A stretch of DNA of 62,616 nucleotides, the filler included, from Candidatus Desantisbacteria bacterium CG1_02_49_89 (lineage in GTDB: Bacteria; Desantisbacteria; UBA1551), in NCBI GenBank assembly GCA_001871075.1. It is 5 parts of 5 records of this genome, joined end to end, with 100 filler letters (N's around TTAATTAATTAA, not from the genome) between each part and the next. Parts side by side here need not be neighbours in the genome. Positions count along the whole stretch, not along the records: positions 54,436 to 62,616 come from MNUP01000105.1; 4 more parts are not named here. One strand, written 5' to 3'. The position numbers and the translations under genes were made by a program. Below are positions 59,777 through 62,616 of this stretch, in pieces (the stretch's first letter is position 1; each line of letters opens with the position of its first letter). A model generated the notes under the pieces. That model saw only the letters and a list, made by a program, of their open reading frames with translations. It searched no databases and was not told where the DNA came from.

Positions 59777-60997
59777 TCAGTTTGTCCTTCGTTTTTCTTC
59801 AAGCATCCTGTAAACTGAGTCCGGTATTTTGATGTCGCCCAGCACCGACGGATATGGCTGGCCCGGGATATTCCTGTCCTTAGGGTCAGGTGACCAGCGA
59901 TCGTTCTCGTATTTCTTCCTTACTTCTTCCTTCCTGAAATCAGGGACTTCCACCGGCGTGCTGTTGTTCAACGCTGAGCGGAAACCAAGTATCCCCGGAA
60001 GGGTCATATCCATTGCGCGATAGACGTCAATGGGCGATCTTTTGTTGTTGAGGGCGGCATCCACAAATTCCCAGATCACGAAAAAGTCCCCGCCGCCGTG
60101 CCCGTATTTCGCCGCCTCTTCCGTGTATTTCCTGAAAAGCGGAACATAGCTTTTCTCCTCGTCTTTCCCGCCCACATTCCTTAAAAAAAGATTCAATGTG
60201 TCCGTATCCCTCCAGCGATTGTTTTCCATCGCACCTTTCAGCCCGTGCACGCGGTACCATATTGAATCGTGCGGGCCGAACGACCAGGGAATAACCCTTG
60301 TTATGGCATCATTATTCATTTTGCACATAATAACAGAACCGTCATCACCTCTCCTGCCCCATTCCCTTGAGATCTTGTTCGGGATGATAAATCCATTCAC
60401 GCTTACAGGCCGGGTCCCGGTTATCATAACAATTGGGCCCAGCGAGTGGGTGCAGTAATAAGTTGAAGGTATCCAGTTCCTCCAGTGGTCAGGGCCGTTC
60501 GTAAGCAAATGCGTTATTTCCCTTGTATCGTGCACGTATTCACACTCCCCATACCTGTATTCGCCTATCACTCCTTCCTCGTAAAGCCTTCTCATTTCCT
60601 GCGTGTAGGAAAAATAGCAGTAATTCTCCGAGAACATGTAGAGTTTTTTCGACTTCTCCACTGCCCTGCAAAGCTCAACTCCCTCTGCAAGCGTTTTGCA
60701 GGCAATAACCTCGGAAATAACGTGCTTTCCCGCGTTCAGCGCCTTTACTGCCTGGGGAGCGTGGTCTGTGCAGTAACTGCATAGCATTACCGCGTCCATA
60801 TCGTGCTTTAAAAATTTGGCGTAATCCTTGTATCCGGTCACGTCTTTCCTGTTTCCGATGAAGTTCTTCAGGACGCCTTCATCGAAATCACACACAGCAA
60901 CTGTCTTTGAATTGGGATTTGAGTCAAAAAGGCCAGCGAACCCCGCGCCCCGGCGTAATCCTATCACACCGACCTTTAGTTTCTTGCTTTCCGCCAT
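59777..60997 (-). CDS. Gfo/Idh/MocA oxidoreductase
   Basis: VGVIGLRRG, AGKHVISEV, ENYCY, YCTHSLGP, GHGGGD. Confidence 0.9.
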   Translation of the reverse strand: MAESKKLKVGVIGLRRGAGFAGLFDSNPNSKTVAVCDFDEGVLKNFIGNRKDVTGYKDYAKFLKHDMDAVMLCSYCTDHAPQAVKALNAGKHVISEVIACKTLAEGVELCRAVEKSKKLYMFSENYCYFSYTQEMRRLYEEGVIGEYRYGECEYVHDTREITHLLTNGPDHWRNWIPSTYYCTHSLGPIVMITGTRPVSVNGFIIPNKISREWGRRGDDGSVIMCKMNNDAITRVIPWSFGPHDSIWYRVHGLKGAMENNRWRDTDTLNLFLRNVGGKDEEKSYVPLFRKYTEEAAKYGHGGGDFFVIWEFVDAALNNKRSPIDVYRAMDMTLPGILGFRSALNNSTPVEVPDFRKEEVRKKYENDRWSPDPKDRNIPGQPYPSVLGDIKIPDSVYRMLEEKRRTN

Positions 60998-61271
60998 TTT
61001 GCCTCCGGTTAGTTATAATAGTCCATGGTCGACAGTCCACAGTAGTTTACAAAGTTTACATAGTTTGCAGAGTTTACAGAGTATAAATTCGTGCAATTCG
61101 TCGTTTATCGATGTAACCCACAAAGAATGTTGCGAAGCAAACAATTCGTGCTAATTCGTGGTTGCAAAGGTAGTTGTCAGTAAAAGCCAAGCATCTATAT
61201 GGTAGTCTCCCGCCACTTCGGCGGGTCGCCGATGAGGCGACTGTGTCTCCGTGTCTCTGTGGTGTATCTTT

Positions 61272-62363
61272 TCAGCGAATTTTGGACCATTCTTTTACTT
61301 TTTCAAGCAGGTCCTTCGCTTCCTGCTCGGACGCGCACCAGGTAGCAATGAAAAGGCCCTTTGCTGATAAATTTTTAAGAGCTTCCTCTACTTCGTTCGG
61401 AGCGATGGAAATATGCAGGTTCTTGCCGCGCGACTGGACGGTTTTCAGGACATCCATATAATATAATGGGCTTGGCTTGCCTGCGCCGGGCAGGATCTGA
61501 AGCGCTTTCAGGCGTTTAAGGCCGCAGAGCATAGGGACATGCTTAAAAGCGCCGATGCCATCAACGTGATAGATCGCGTAATCAAGGAATTCAAGTTGTT
61601 TTTCAAGAGCGGGAATAAATATCCTCTCAAACATATCCGTGGATATCATATAGGAAAGATCGTTCTGCACAGCGTAAAATTTCCCCGGAGCCCACAAATC
61701 GAACCAGCACGTGGAACCATTGTCAGAAGAACCCTTGATGATCCCGTAAAACTTTTTATAGACGTGAATCCACGTATCCATAAGGAAAAGCTCTGCGTCA
61801 AGGACTTTTTCGGGACAGTCGCAGAGATCATAAAGGAGCCTGTCTGCCCCGCGCAAAGAAGAAAGCGTATCCCCGGTGCCGCCAAACGCGCCGATACAGG
61901 ATATTGCTTTGCCTTTGGCGTCCATAGCTCCCCTGCCGAGAGCATCCAGCGTGAATTTCCACCAGCGCCCTTCAGGATCTATGCGTAACTTGTGAATATC
62001 CCAATCATCACCCGTAAGAACCGGCTCATGCCATCCCGTATGAAGGTCAAGGGTAAGAGGACACCCAAGAAATGTGGGAATGTCGGCATGCCCCGGATGC
62101 CCGCCCTCGCCGTGCCATATCGGAAATGCCTCCCCGCCGAAAAAGGTGCGGGATAAAGCATATTCGTTCCATTCCCTGATATAACCGGGATCGCTCCATT
62201 TGACAACCGGATCCTGCGGCTCTGCCGGCGGAGGCTCTTTACCGGCTTTTTCAAGAGGCGCTGTCACAGAGATCGCGCATCTGCCGAAATATTCGCCTTT
62301 CCACCACGCGCGGTAGTGTTCTTTCGCCTCTTCCCAGTCTTTTTTATATTTTAATGCACTCAT
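61272..62363 (-). CDS. UroD-like/methyltransferase-family hypothetical protein
   Basis: LRG...LYDL.D.PE, QNDLSYMIS..MF..F..P, YHVDG, QILPGAG. Confidence 0.75.
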   Translation of the reverse strand: MSALKYKKDWEEAKEHYRAWWKGEYFGRCAISVTAPLEKAGKEPPPAEPQDPVVKWSDPGYIREWNEYALSRTFFGGEAFPIWHGEGGHPGHADIPTFLGCPLTLDLHTGWHEPVLTGDDWDIHKLRIDPEGRWWKFTLDALGRGAMDAKGKAISCIGAFGGTGDTLSSLRGADRLLYDLCDCPEKVLDAELFLMDTWIHVYKKFYGIIKGSSDNGSTCWFDLWAPGKFYAVQNDLSYMISTDMFERIFIPALEKQLEFLDYAIYHVDGIGAFKHVPMLCGLKRLKALQILPGAGKPSPLYYMDVLKTVQSRGKNLHISIAPNEVEEALKNLSAKGLFIATWCASEQEAKDLLEKVKEWSKIR

Positions 62364-62430
62364 TTTTATTTGTGATTACGGTGATTACAAACTAACCACA
62401 GAGGACACAGAGAATTTTTTGGCTTTAAAC

Positions 62431-62600
62431 CTAGTGTAGTGTCTCTAACAGATCTTTACATTTGGGCTGTCATTGCGAGGAGTGTTAACGACGAAGCAAT
62501 CTCGACCTAAAAATCGAGATTGCCACGCTCCCTTTGGTCGCTCGCAATGACAACTCAAAGCAGAATCAAATGTCAAGGGATTTATGCGACACCATACTAG
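62431..62600. mobile_element. CTAG-bounded MITE-like element; a second one starts at 62597
   Basis: Left CTAGTGTAGTGTC and right GACACCATACTAG are imperfect inverted repeats; encloses a GTCATTGCGAG...CGCAATGAC palindrome; CTAGTGTGGTGTCTCTAACA begins again at 62597. Confidence 0.6.
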
Positions 62601-62616
62601 TGTGGTGTCTCTAACA

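Overview
This is draft bacterial DNA: five contig pieces joined by artificial 100-nt N/TTAATTAATTAA linkers (23110-23209, 32128-32227, 43500-43599, 54336-54435), so adjacency across linkers is not biological. The organism looks diderm and carries T9SS-like parts (PorV-type barrels, C-terminal sorting domains). Contig 1: a giant surface protein of at least 4,889 codons that runs off the window (GH129-like catalytic domain, CBM-like, Big_1-like, LamG and DUF11 modules) interrupted by one in-frame TAA; a GH129-like paralogue; a stand-alone MshEN-like protein; an epimerase-like gene; a MITE; a repeat-bounded cassette pair including a DUF262 gene; and an ISL3 end. Contig 2: a large CTD-bearing Ig/DUF2341/NHL protein, PorV and partial murJ. 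Contig 3 is the most interesting locus: a co-oriented cluster that reads as a self-crosslinking, donor-hairpin DUF11 pilus (acceptor-only tip, two donor+acceptor shaft subunits, donor-only base with a T9SS-type CTD, PorV-like barrel/OmpA fusion), followed by TonB, HEAT/Zn-finger and solute-binding genes. Contigs 4-5: tRNA-Ser, tRNA-Arg, GIY-YIG, UroD-like methyltransferases, DUF1638, sppA, RDD, tadA, LarA-like, NlpC/P60, speD-like, hicB, ORF6N, Gfo/Idh/MocA and GNAT genes. Several short palindrome and tandem-repeat families fill the intergenic DNA and also sit in frame inside genes. All family calls come from motif recognition by eye; no searches were run.
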